From Phycisphaerales bacterium (GTDB lineage Bacteria > Planctomycetota > Phycisphaerae > WQYP01): DNA of 36,531 bases. Positions within the stretch are counted from its first letter, which is position 1, and every line of letters starts with the position of its first letter. Of the stretch, positions 1 to 8,899 are shown in pieces. The notes beneath the pieces are model-generated. The model did not search any database, had not been told where the DNA came from, and saw only the letters and a program-made list of their open reading frames with translations. The stretch is taken from the NCBI GenBank assembly GCA_027451365.1, contig DAIDJN010000016.1, forward strand, positions 1 to 36,531. Reading direction: 5' to 3'. The position numbers and the translations under genes were made by a program.

Positions 1-49
1 GTTCAACCCGATGCATCGCATCCAGACGAACCCGTTCGTTAGCCGACAT
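1..49 (-). CDS. Possible 5' end of a gene running off the left edge (MSANERVRLDAMHRVE...)
   Basis: ATG at 49-47 on the minus strand, open to the window edge, with AT-richer sequence upstream. Only 16 codons are visible. Confidence 0.3.
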   Translation of the reverse strand, partial: MSANERVRLDAMHRVE

Positions 50-472
50 AATTAAGTTTTCCATTCTGTCTGGTATACCCCAGACTCGAAGGTGACACTT
101 CTATTTCGGCTAAGGGGTGACAATTCTACTTCGGTACAACATCGGCAAAGCGGGCATGACCAGCTTTCATATCTTTATCTGATATTATTTCCATTACGCC
201 GCGCCATCTATTTTACGATTCTGCCTCGCACATGAAAATTGACCCGGTCGGTCAAATTGTCGCGGACAACCTGACCGCCGCTTGGTTAAAGCATCGCAAT
301 TCTTATATTAAAAGGGAGAAACAATCAAAAATTGACGCGGCACGGCATTTGCTCCCTGAAGCATTAGCAGACGTGGCACTGTCCACGGTCTTTGCCGGTG
401 GGAACCCGCAAATAGCTTCGCGCCGAAGCCTCGCCGCCGATAACCGGCAATTAAGAACGTTGGAGCATCCGC

Positions 473-637
473 TTGGGCATTTTATTACTCATTGTGCTGG
501 TACTGATCCTGGTCAGCGTTCTTCCAACGTGGGGTTACAGCCGCCAGTGGGGTTATGGCCCAACCGGTGGACTAGGCCTGATTCTGCTTGTGGTAATTGT
601 GCTGCTGCTAATGGGGGTCATCCCAGGCCGCTTCTAA
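473..637 (+). CDS. DUF3309-family small membrane protein (54 aa)
   Basis: Manual translation from TTG473: MGILLLIVLVLILVSVLPTWGYSRQWGYGPTGGLGLILLVVIVLLLMGVIPGRF. The LPTWGYSRxWGYGPxGGLG motif between two hydrophobic helices matches DUF3309. GGAG RBS at 462-465. Below the ORF-track length cutoff. Confidence 0.88.
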   Translation: MGILLLIVLVLILVSVLPTWGYSRQWGYGPTGGLGLILLVVIVLLLMGVIPGRF

Positions 638-668
638 AGTCAATCGTATCGCACGTGATCGGATATAT

Positions 669-923
669 ATGAGAATCATTGGACTGTTATGCGTCTTTGC
701 CATTATAGCCATTATCGCTATGGGGTTTTATCTGGGCTGGTTCCGCTTTTCCAGCGCCAATAATGGCGGCAAATCCGATGTGACCATGACCGTGAATCAG
801 GCAAAGATACGGGCTGATAAAAATAAGATGATGGGTGACCTTCACAACCTCAAGCCGGCGCAATCGACGCAGCCTGCAACAATCCCGGCCACGAATGCGT
901 CACAGGATAACGCCTCGCAATAA
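669..923 (+). CDS. Small membrane-anchored hypothetical protein
   Basis: 84 aa with an N-terminal TM helix ending in GFYLGWF and a low-complexity tail; co-oriented within the cluster. Confidence 0.7.
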   Translation: MRIIGLLCVFAIIAIIAMGFYLGWFRFSSANNGGKSDVTMTVNQAKIRADKNKMMGDLHNLKPAQSTQPATIPATNASQDNASQ

Positions 924-988
924 AGCTCGAATAACGTTTGTCAATAAAAGTTGAGTATTTTGCCTTTCTCTTTTCAGGAGTATTCCCT

Positions 989-1372
989 ATGAAGTCCAAT
1001 TTGTTTAACCTTGCAATGAGCGCGTCAGTGGCCGCGATTTTAGGCCTCGGCGTGGTCGGGTGTTCCCAGTCGTACCATTCAAATGCCAATGCGCCGCAAA
1101 TTATGGTTTCGGCGGACCATAGCTCCGTACAGGTTGGTGAAACAGTCTGGGTTCATGCCACAACGATGAATCTTTCCAACAGCAGCGTGAACTGGAAAGT
1201 GACTCCAACCACCGCCACCATTACACCGGATGATTCACGACAGGACCTTTACGCGAAATTCACGGCCAGTCAACCCGGAGGATATGTCGTCAAGGCTTAT
1301 TCGAAGACCGGCGATGGTCAGTGGGTAACCGACCGAACCACCATCACCGTCATTGGCACCGGAAACCAGTAG
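989..1372 (+). CDS. Putative lipoprotein with an Ig-like beta-sandwich domain
   Basis: AGGAG RBS before ATG989; signal peptide with lipobox VVGC; beta-rich pattern (SSVQVGETV..., VNWKV, FTASQPGGYVVKA). Confidence 0.7.
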   Translation: MKSNLFNLAMSASVAAILGLGVVGCSQSYHSNANAPQIMVSADHSSVQVGETVWVHATTMNLSNSSVNWKVTPTTATITPDDSRQDLYAKFTASQPGGYVVKAYSKTGDGQWVTDRTTITVIGTGNQ

Positions 1373-1581
1373 ACACCCCACAGACTGCACCGCCGCGAAG
1401 GTCGCGCCGTGTTGACATGCGTTGCCGGTCACTCTTGGGAATTGGCGTACGGGACCTCCCGGACCAGACCAGCGCGACGACGTCCGGACCAGGCGCGATC
1501 TTCGTGCGGATGTGACTCTGTTTCAAACGCGAAGGTCGGCGGCGATTATATTTTTAACGCGAATGTACATGGAGATATATT

Positions 1582-2100
1582 ATGTCCAAGTCAAAAGATT
1601 TCCGTGACTTATTCATCGATCAGTTGCGGGATATTTACAACGCGGAAACCCAGTTGGAAGAGGCGCTGCCTAAAATGGGCAAAGCCGCCACCGCTGCGGC
1701 GCTTAAGAAAGCGTTCCTCGGCCACCTTGAGGACACCAAGGGCCATGTGCAGCGCCTTGAAGATATTTTCCGCACCCTGGATGAAAAGCCCGGAGGCGAA
1801 ACCTGTGCTGCCATGAAGGGGCTTATTGCCGAAGGCAATGAAATTGCTCGAGATGCTTACACTCTGGAAGTTCGCGATGCCGGTCTTATCGCCGCCGCTC
1901 AGCGTGTGGAACATTATGAAATGGCCGCATACGGCACTGCACGATCGTTCGCTTTGCAGTTGGGTGACAAAGCCAGTGCCAAACTGCTGGAACAGACGCT
2001 GAATGAAGAAGGCGACTGCAATAAAGCGCTTACTCAGATAGCGCAATCAGGCGTCAACAAACGCGCCTCCGACGCGCAGGTGGTTCTGCAAGACGCCTGA
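1582..2100 (+). CDS. Ferritin-like DUF892 (YciE/YciF-family) stress protein
   Basis: LRDIYNAETQL..ALPKM, HLEDTKGHVQRLE, CAAMKGLIAEG, AQRVEHYEMAAYGT and TLNEE motifs; GGAGA RBS. Confidence 0.92.
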   Translation: MSKSKDFRDLFIDQLRDIYNAETQLEEALPKMGKAATAAALKKAFLGHLEDTKGHVQRLEDIFRTLDEKPGGETCAAMKGLIAEGNEIARDAYTLEVRDAGLIAAAQRVEHYEMAAYGTARSFALQLGDKASAKLLEQTLNEEGDCNKALTQIAQSGVNKRASDAQVVLQDA

Positions 2101-2175
2101 CCGCCGGCAGTTCCACGAACAGCCGTGCTCGAAAAACACAATATTCAGCTCCCTTCCCTCTTCCCTCTCTCTCTG

Positions 2176-2215
2176 GGAAGGGGTCCATGCAACATGGACC
2201 TCTTCCTTTTTTTTT
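2176..2215 (+). terminator. Rho-independent terminator
   Basis: GGAAGGGGTCCATG-caa-CATGGACCTCTTCC stem-loop followed by T9, downstream of the DUF892 gene. Confidence 0.85.
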
Positions 2216-2547
2216 GATGCCCGCATACCGCGACACTCCCTGTCCACTGCGCGAACCGGAGTGGAACATTTTTCCGGCCGCGGAGTTCCAGTATAGAGAT
2301 TCAGAAGGGCGAATTTCCAGCGCTAAGCCGCCCTGATTTCTCCGAAGACGCAACAGAAGCCACACCTTGGAAAATGTGGGATTTATTGACAGATCGTGAT
2401 CTTTGACAATAAAGTCCATGTAGCCTCATGTCCTCAAATCACAAATTCGCTTTACTTGCAGCGAGTCATCAAGGCTTGGGAAAGCCGCTGGACTATCGTT
2501 ACAATAGGGTCGCGGGATGTCATCGAGCAGATTACAACGAGGAAATT

Positions 2548-3387
2548 ATGAATTACGAAAAACACTGTCGGATCAAACCCGGTCGGCAGGTTCGGTTGTC
2601 TGAAATTGATACCGGATTTACCGGACATCATGGTGGACGAAACAAAGCCGCCGGGGATATTGAACATTACCGGAAAAAGCTCTGCGAACTTCAGGAATTG
2701 CTGTATGCCGACCGCCGCCATTCACTGCTGATCTGCCTTCAGGGTATGGACGCGGCCGGTAAGGACGGAACGATTCACCATGTACTTGGCGCCATGAATC
2801 CACAGGGTTGCCGGGTGGTTGGGTTCAAGCAACCCACTCCGGAGGAATACAGCCATGACTTTCTCTGGCGGATTCATCGGGCGGCTCCGGCGCGCGGCGA
2901 GGTGGTGATATTTAACCGTTCACATTATGAAGACGTGCTGATCGCTCGCGTCCATAACCTGGTTCCCAAAGAGGTCTGGTCGCGGCGATTCGACGCCATC
3001 AATCAATTTGAAAAAGAGCTGACCGATTCCGGAGTCCATATTATTAAGTTTTATCTACATATTTCAAAACATGAGCAGTTAAAAAGATTTCATGACAGAC
3101 TTGATGATCCCGCAAGGCAATGGAAAATAAGCGACGCGGACTATACAGAACGGCCATTCTGGAAGGAATATGCAAAGGCGTATGAAGAAACGCTGTCCCG
3201 CTGCAGCACAGCCTGGGCCCCCTGGTACGTCATTCCCGCAGACCACAAATGGTTCCGCAACCTGGCCGTCGGCCAGATAGTGGTGGATCACCTGAAGGCC
3301 TTGAAAATGACATTTCCCCGGCCAACCGTCAATATCGCGCAGATTCGCCGGAAATATCACGCCCAAAACGCAAAACAGCGTTCATGA
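2548..3387 (+). CDS. ppk2: Polyphosphate kinase 2 family protein (class III-like)
   Basis: Walker A-like QGMDAAGKDG, HDFLWR, FNRSHYEDV and APWYVIPADHKWFRN motifs. Start placed at ATG2548 after GAGG. Confidence 0.93.
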   Translation: MNYEKHCRIKPGRQVRLSEIDTGFTGHHGGRNKAAGDIEHYRKKLCELQELLYADRRHSLLICLQGMDAAGKDGTIHHVLGAMNPQGCRVVGFKQPTPEEYSHDFLWRIHRAAPARGEVVIFNRSHYEDVLIARVHNLVPKEVWSRRFDAINQFEKELTDSGVHIIKFYLHISKHEQLKRFHDRLDDPARQWKISDADYTERPFWKEYAKAYEETLSRCSTAWAPWYVIPADHKWFRNLAVGQIVVDHLKALKMTFPRPTVNIAQIRRKYHAQNAKQRS

Positions 3388-3956
3388 TCGATAATATCTG
3401 GGCCAACACAGCCGTTGGTACCGCTGCGATCCGCGAATATACTGCTTTCGGGTGCTGAAGCCACATCGCAGATAGTTGGCGGCGGCGGAAACAGGCCGTT
3501 ATAACGGGCAATGCGAATCCGCAAATGTGTCATTCATACGGACCGCGGCATATCGCTGATAACCATCCCACTTCGCCTGCTCGGTTTCCCTGGTGAAAAA
3601 ATATCATCGGCGCATCGTTATACCGCTGCCAGAAACGCCGTTAATTATTCTTGATCGTTCATCGATAATTGCCCTTCGCTTGCCAATTCTGCCTTCGCCC
3701 ACGACCAGCCATCCCGGAGTTTAGCCGGTGCGACGATATGTGAAACCCGTCATTTTGAGACTTTATCGCCATTAATCCCATTTATTAAGACCAGACGGCG
3801 CGATAGCGCCACTTGCGGCCGAGTTTAAGAGCAGGTGCCCGAGCCTGCGTGTATCCATTATTTGGCCATTTACTTTCGCAATGAGAGAGACTACAATAAT
3901 GCAATATTTACTGGATGTAAAATACCCTCTAAGGCCTGTGACAAAGGACTTGGGTT

Positions 3957-5381
3957 ATGACCAGAACGCATTCAATCTTCTGTGCGGCGGCGTTTTCACT
4001 GATAACGTTCTTGGGCGCGCTTCACGCTGACCTCATCACACTCAAGGATGGCCGGGTTATTAACGGTCGCCTTTATCGCGATTCCGATCAGTACATTATT
4101 GCCCCTGCCAAGGGGCAGCCGTTTAAAGTGGCATTGAATCAGGTAGTCGGCATTACGCTGCAAACCACCGCCAGCCCCGCGCGGCAAGCCACAGAAAATT
4201 GGCGTTATATTCAATCACAGGTGAATCGGAGCGGTAATTTAGCCCAAATCATCACACTGTTACAGGGCTTTATAATAAAATACGCCGAATCACCCAAGGT
4301 TCCATCCGCCCGGAAATATCTAGCGCAATTCAAGCATTACCAAAAAGCCGGGTTCGTCCATGTGGGCGGCCAATGGATGTCGCCGGAACAACGCGATAAA
4401 CTTGTCGCCCTGTGTGCGGGCCAGACTGCTGCGGCGCAAAAACTGCTAGTGGCCGGAAAACTTGCACAAGCCGAAGCCCACGTCATGGCGGCCCTCCAGG
4501 TGGACCCGGAAAATGTCAACGGATTAATTCTTCGCGGCATTATCGCGTACCAGCGCAACAATATTCAGACCGCCAGCCATTCGTTTGCGGCGGCCCTGCA
4601 CGCGGATCCAAAGAATATAGTTGCCCTGAACGACCAGGCCGTTACCTTATTTCGGCAGCGCAGACAGCCCGCAGCGCTGTTGGCCTATCAGAAAGCGCTC
4701 CATATTGACAACGGCAACCGCATGTTGCTGGACAACGTGGCGGCGGCATTGCAGATTTATAAAAAATCACAGCGATCGCCGCTTTACCGCAACCTTAAAT
4801 CCAGTTTTCGGATTGCCGACCGCCACATGCAGGCACGCATGGCCCGCCACGGCCTGTACCGTTTTGGCGCCGGCTGGGTAGACGCAAAAACAGCGCATAT
4901 TTTGGACAAGCGTCTGGCAGACTACCACAGCCGGAAAAGTGCTCTTGATTCACAATATCAGGTCAATCTGGTCGCCCTGCAAAGTGTCAATACCCAGATC
5001 GCCAATGTAAACAGCCAGATCGACGCCCTGATAAATGCGATCAATATTATGCAAATTAACCAGGGAGTGATTGCCAACCAGACCGGAGGTTATGATCTGG
5101 GAAATCAGGCGATTGTCTATTCGGATGTCGCCGCCCTCACCCAGGCACAAAACCAGGCCATGCAGCTTGCCACGCAACGCGTTTCAATTCTAGCGGGCAT
5201 TAAATCACTGAAAATTCAGGCCGCGCTTCTGGAAAAACATGCTCCGCGGCTTGCCCTGCGGCCCACACAGTACATGATGCTGCCGATGGATCAAACCAAC
5301 GTGCCCCTTCCGGCACTGCTGCCGGCGACGGCAATTACCAACGCGCCGCGGATAATTCCACAGCAGCCGCTTCCGCATTAA
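3957..5381 (+). CDS. Secreted tetratricopeptide-repeat protein with C-terminal coiled coil
   Basis: Signal peptide (ALHA-D), N-terminal DLITLKDGRVINGRL module, TPR-like repeats (ALQVDPEN, ALHADPKN, ALHIDNGN) and a Q/N-rich heptad region; AAGGA RBS. Confidence 0.8.
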   Translation: MTRTHSIFCAAAFSLITFLGALHADLITLKDGRVINGRLYRDSDQYIIAPAKGQPFKVALNQVVGITLQTTASPARQATENWRYIQSQVNRSGNLAQIITLLQGFIIKYAESPKVPSARKYLAQFKHYQKAGFVHVGGQWMSPEQRDKLVALCAGQTAAAQKLLVAGKLAQAEAHVMAALQVDPENVNGLILRGIIAYQRNNIQTASHSFAAALHADPKNIVALNDQAVTLFRQRRQPAALLAYQKALHIDNGNRMLLDNVAAALQIYKKSQRSPLYRNLKSSFRIADRHMQARMARHGLYRFGAGWVDAKTAHILDKRLADYHSRKSALDSQYQVNLVALQSVNTQIANVNSQIDALINAINIMQINQGVIANQTGGYDLGNQAIVYSDVAALTQAQNQAMQLATQRVSILAGIKSLKIQAALLEKHAPRLALRPTQYMMLPMDQTNVPLPALLPATAITNAPRIIPQQPLPH

Positions 5382-5543
5382 GGTGGCGGCCCGATTTGAT
5401 TCCAGCCAGTATCAGACGGGGCAATTCCGATCTTCAAGCGAGACATATTTATGTTGATGTCACTGTGGGGCAACATCGGATATATCGAACATTTAGCTGA
5501 AAAAAGTGAAGGGCCCAGTGTCGATCATGCGGGCCGAAAAAAA

Positions 5544-6554
5544 TTAAAATTGCCGCAGGAAACGCAGGTCATTTTCGTACAAGGCACGGATATCTTCAAT
5601 GCCATGGCGGCGCATGGCCACCCGTTCCACACCCAGTCCGAATGCAAATCCCGTATAGATTTCCGGATCCAGTTTCACAGCCTCAAGCACGTTGGGATCC
5701 ACCATGCCGCAGCCGCCAAGTTCGACCCATCGCGTGGTGCCATCGGCATAATGAAACAGAATATCAAATTCCGCGCTGGGTTCGGTAAATGGGAAAAAAC
5801 TGGGCCGAAAGCGTGTCTGCACCTCGGATCCGAAAAATCCCTTGGCAAACTGATCGATACAGGTTTTTAAATCCACCATGGTGATACCGCGGTCAACCAC
5901 GAGGCCTTCCAACTGGTGAAACATCCAAGAATGGGTTGCATCGACTGTGTCCGGTCTATAAACCCGTCCTGGGGCAACAATGCGAATGGGCGGCCGGCGC
6001 GTTTCCATGACGCGTATCTGCACGCTGCTGGTCTGCGACCGGAGCATAAACGGCGCGGCGGTGGGTGGTCGGTCCAGGTAGAAATTATCCAGGGGGTCCC
6101 GTGCCGGATGGTGGCGCGGCACGTTCAGAGCTTCAAAATTATGAAATTCGTCTTCGATTTCCGGTCCGTCGACCACGGAAAAGCCCATTCGGGCAAACAG
6201 GCCGGTCAGCGCGTCAATGGTCTGATTAATGACGTGCAGCGACCCGGGTTGGTAATTTTCAAATTTCAGCCGCCCCGGTTCGGTAATGTCCACGCTTAAA
6301 TCAGCGGCAGATGCGATCGTTTTGGCACGGCCAGCCGCGGCCTGAAAAAGCTCTTCAACCGCGCGTTTGACATCATTGAGCTTTTTGCCAAAGTCACGCT
6401 TTTGTGCAGGTTCAACAGTGCGCAGAAAATCACTGGCCTGTTTTAATCGGCCTTTGGTTCCCAGAAATTCAATGCGGAATGCCTCGGCCTGATCCGCAGT
6501 GGAAATGGCAAGTTGTTTCGCCTGTGCGTCTGCGAGAAGTTGATCGAGATCCAT
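5544..6554 (-). CDS. pheS: Phenylalanine--tRNA ligase alpha subunit
   Basis: NFEALN.P.HHPARD, LRSQTSSVQIR, PGRVYRPD, FHQLEGL, FRPSFFPFTEPS and GFAFGLGVER motifs. Confidence 0.97.
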   Translation of the reverse strand: MDLDQLLADAQAKQLAISTADQAEAFRIEFLGTKGRLKQASDFLRTVEPAQKRDFGKKLNDVKRAVEELFQAAAGRAKTIASAADLSVDITEPGRLKFENYQPGSLHVINQTIDALTGLFARMGFSVVDGPEIEDEFHNFEALNVPRHHPARDPLDNFYLDRPPTAAPFMLRSQTSSVQIRVMETRRPPIRIVAPGRVYRPDTVDATHSWMFHQLEGLVVDRGITMVDLKTCIDQFAKGFFGSEVQTRFRPSFFPFTEPSAEFDILFHYADGTTRWVELGGCGMVDPNVLEAVKLDPEIYTGFAFGLGVERVAMRRHGIEDIRALYENDLRFLRQF

Positions 6555-6666
6555 CGCCACCCGCCAATATGCGTTGAGCCTAGCAACGCCACGGTCAGAT
6601 CACCGGAAAGGGCATTTGCCCCGGTCGGGACATGCCGCATTTTCAAGTGGACCCGCCTTCCGGAAT

Positions 6667-7038
6667 TTAAGCCGCGGCCGCCACACCAAGCGCCTGCCGG
6701 GCAAGATTGACAATAGAATCAAACGCGGCTGGATCGGCAATCGCGATCTCGCTTAAACTTTTGCGGTTTAAGGTAATATTGGCTTTGGCAAGACCCGCAA
6801 TCAACTGACTGTACCGCAGGCCACGGGCGGTCGCCGCCGCATTCAACCGCGTAATCCAGAGTGCGCGATAATCGCGCTTCTTTTCCTTGCGGCCGCTGAA
6901 GCGGTTGGCACCAGCCCGCAGCAGGGTCTCATGGGCGGTTTTGTAAAGTTTGCTGCGACCTCCGACAAATCCTTTGGCTCGCTTGAGCAGTTTTTTGTGT
7001 CGCTTGTGACGGGCTGCTCCGATAGTTACGCGTGGCAT
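6667..7038 (-). CDS. rplT: 50S ribosomal protein L20
   Basis: MPRV...RHKKLLKRAKGF, RKEKKRDYRALWITRLNAA and LNRKSLSEIA motifs. Confidence 0.97.
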   Translation of the reverse strand: MPRVTIGAARHKRHKKLLKRAKGFVGGRSKLYKTAHETLLRAGANRFSGRKEKKRDYRALWITRLNAAATARGLRYSQLIAGLAKANITLNRKSLSEIAIADPAAFDSIVNLARQALGVAAAA

Positions 7039-7146
7039 ATCAAACCTCTTGTTCTAAAAGAATATTATTTTTAAATTCACTTCCACCGCCAGCCGCCCCA
7101 AGTCGCCAGCCTGATGGAAATAGCCAATGTCCAATTCACCCGACGG

Positions 7147-7353
7147 TTACGCGCCCGGTCCAAGCAGCGTAATCATTTTCTTGGCAAACGGCCCGGTCAG
7201 AGCGGTGGTGCCGCGCAAGCGTCGGCGCCGATTGCCGGACTTTCCGCTCTGCAAATGGCCCTTGTTGTGTTTGTGAAACTTAACCTTGCCGGTTGCAGTT
7301 ACTTTGACCCGCTTTTTGAGTCCTTTGTGGGTTTTCTGTTTTGGCACGCGCAA
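7147..7353 (-). CDS. rpmI: 50S ribosomal protein L35
   Basis: PKQKTHKGLKKRVKVTATGK; directly upstream of rplT. The true start may be the GTG two codons downstream. Confidence 0.95.
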   Translation of the reverse strand: MRVPKQKTHKGLKKRVKVTATGKVKFHKHNKGHLQSGKSGNRRRRLRGTTALTGPFAKKMITLLGPGA

Positions 7354-7731
7354 ACTCCGCCTATTTATTTTTTACACCAGGAACTGCCCGCCGACGGTCC
7401 ATTACCAGCCGGGCACAAAGCCGATCCTGACGGTTGATTTCCAACACTGCGGCTGCGCCGCCTGATTCGTGTGGGAAATCAGAATTACGTAAGATAGCAA
7501 AGGTTGGCGGAAATTGCCACTGAACGGGGCACTTTTTTGAATATGGGGATGGAATAGCCTCGGCCCACACGGGTAATCAGAGAAAGATGGAAGCGATTCG
7601 GCGTTGAATGTCTGTTGCAGTTGATGAATTAATCCGCCCGTGCCACCACCCAATATGCGCACGGCACCGCACGCCACGGAGTTGCCAATAGCCGGAAGTG
7701 AAGCCCCCCCCGGATTAAGGCCAAAGAGCGC

Positions 7732-7763
7732 AAAAAAACCCGCAGGTTGCAGGCTGCGGGTTT
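7732..7763 (-). terminator. Rho-independent terminator of the PEP-CTERM gene
   Basis: AAACCCGCAG...CTGCGGGTTT inverted repeat ending in T7 on the minus strand, ~30 nt after the stop at 7794. Confidence 0.8.
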
Positions 7764-7793
7764 AAACGTTTATAAGTGTTTGCAAGGCTCGTT

Positions 7794-8531
7794 TCAGGCC
7801 AGGCGACGGCGACGCATGGCCAGCAAAGCCAACCCGCCGACGGCGAAGAGGCCCATCGTGGCTGGTTCCGGCGTGCCAACAGTGGTGGTGTTGAGGTTCA
7901 TTATTGCATTAGCGCTGTTTACCTTCATACCCTCATCAATGGAAAGACTGGTGCTCGCGTTAAGGGTGAGTGTACCAGAGTAGGCGCTCAGGTTCTGGCC
8001 GAGCGAGTTATAGGCAATTGAAGTAGACGGATTAACCGGTGACGGCTTAAGAGAAATAGCGCCTGAATTCTGAGTTCCGACGGTGCCGGAATTGGCCACT
8101 GCGGAACCAAAAAATTCGGCGGTTTGATTGGAAGTGGCATTGGACGCAGTCGCAGACCCGGATCCTTGAATTGCTAGAAACGAATTCGGGCTGGCACTAA
8201 GGCCCGATTCTGAAGCCGAAAAAGTAATCGTGGCATTCGTGTTTGCCGGCGGGTTGTTGTTCGTTACGGAATTAACCTGCAGATCAAGTTGGTCATAGCT
8301 GCCCGATGAAATGCTCACGTCGATTCCCCCCCAAGTGAACCCTCCCACGGTTCCTGGCGCAGACGCATAAGCGCCTCCACCCAACGATACCAGTGTCGGC
8401 GTTGCGGACCCGCCATTGCTGGTTGTGATGGTCAAAACAGGCGTAGCCATGGCTGTGGCCGCCAACCCGAATCCCGCAACAGCTGCCAACGCGCCGGCGA
8501 TACCGACATAAGAAAAATTGCGAAAAGCCAT
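7794..8531 (-). CDS. PEP-CTERM sorting-domain surface protein
   Basis: Signal peptide (ATAMA-TP), Ser/Thr/Asn/Gly-rich body, C-terminal TPEPATMGLFAVGGLALLAMRRRR; GGAGA RBS. Confidence 0.92.
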   Translation of the reverse strand: MAFRNFSYVGIAGALAAVAGFGLAATAMATPVLTITTSNGGSATPTLVSLGGGAYASAPGTVGGFTWGGIDVSISSGSYDQLDLQVNSVTNNNPPANTNATITFSASESGLSASPNSFLAIQGSGSATASNATSNQTAEFFGSAVANSGTVGTQNSGAISLKPSPVNPSTSIAYNSLGQNLSAYSGTLTLNASTSLSIDEGMKVNSANAIMNLNTTTVGTPEPATMGLFAVGGLALLAMRRRRLA

Positions 8532-8899
8532 GGTAACTCTCCAATTATGGTTGATCTAAAAATCAACAACCTCTGAAACAGGGCACGCAGACAACCTCCG
8601 CGCCAGCAAGTTATAAACCCATACACGAGCAGAAGATTTGTCGGATGCAAGCCGCGACTGCGACAAACGATTCACAACAATTCTCCCATTCCCATCCGAC
8701 CGTCAAAGCGTCTAAAAATCACAAATCACATGAGGTCATGAAAAACCCGGGCATTTTAGGCCCGTCTGTGACTTTTTACGTAGGGGAGATTCCCGAAGAA
8801 AGCCATCCCTCACGTCGACGAATGAATTCTACAATAATCTTTAATAAAAGTCAAATAAAAATATTCGCATTCGGACTTTATCATTTTGGCGAAGTTCTT

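Noticed and set aside
232..672. 146-aa ORF from the track
   Set aside because: No recognisable motif, and it overlaps the much better supported DUF3309 ORF (473-637) in another frame.
1409..1816. ORF starting with a C-x2-GH-x-W zinc-ribbon-like pattern
   Set aside because: Overlaps the DUF892 gene by over 200 nt, has no clear RBS and the second Cys pair is unconvincing.
2386..2410. Possible Pho box upstream of ppk2
   Set aside because: The TGTCA-like half-sites are 17 bp apart, not the 11-bp period of PhoB boxes.
3388..3956. 570-bp intergenic gap as a hidden gene or ncRNA; short repeat CGTTCAT(GAT)CGATAAT near 3379 and 3656
   Set aside because: No convincing ORF or recognisable RNA family, and the repeat is too short to interpret.
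8532..8899. Riboswitch (e.g. c-di-GMP) upstream of the PEP-CTERM gene
   Set aside because: Conserved aptamer motifs could not be found by eye; an Rfam/Infernal scan is needed.
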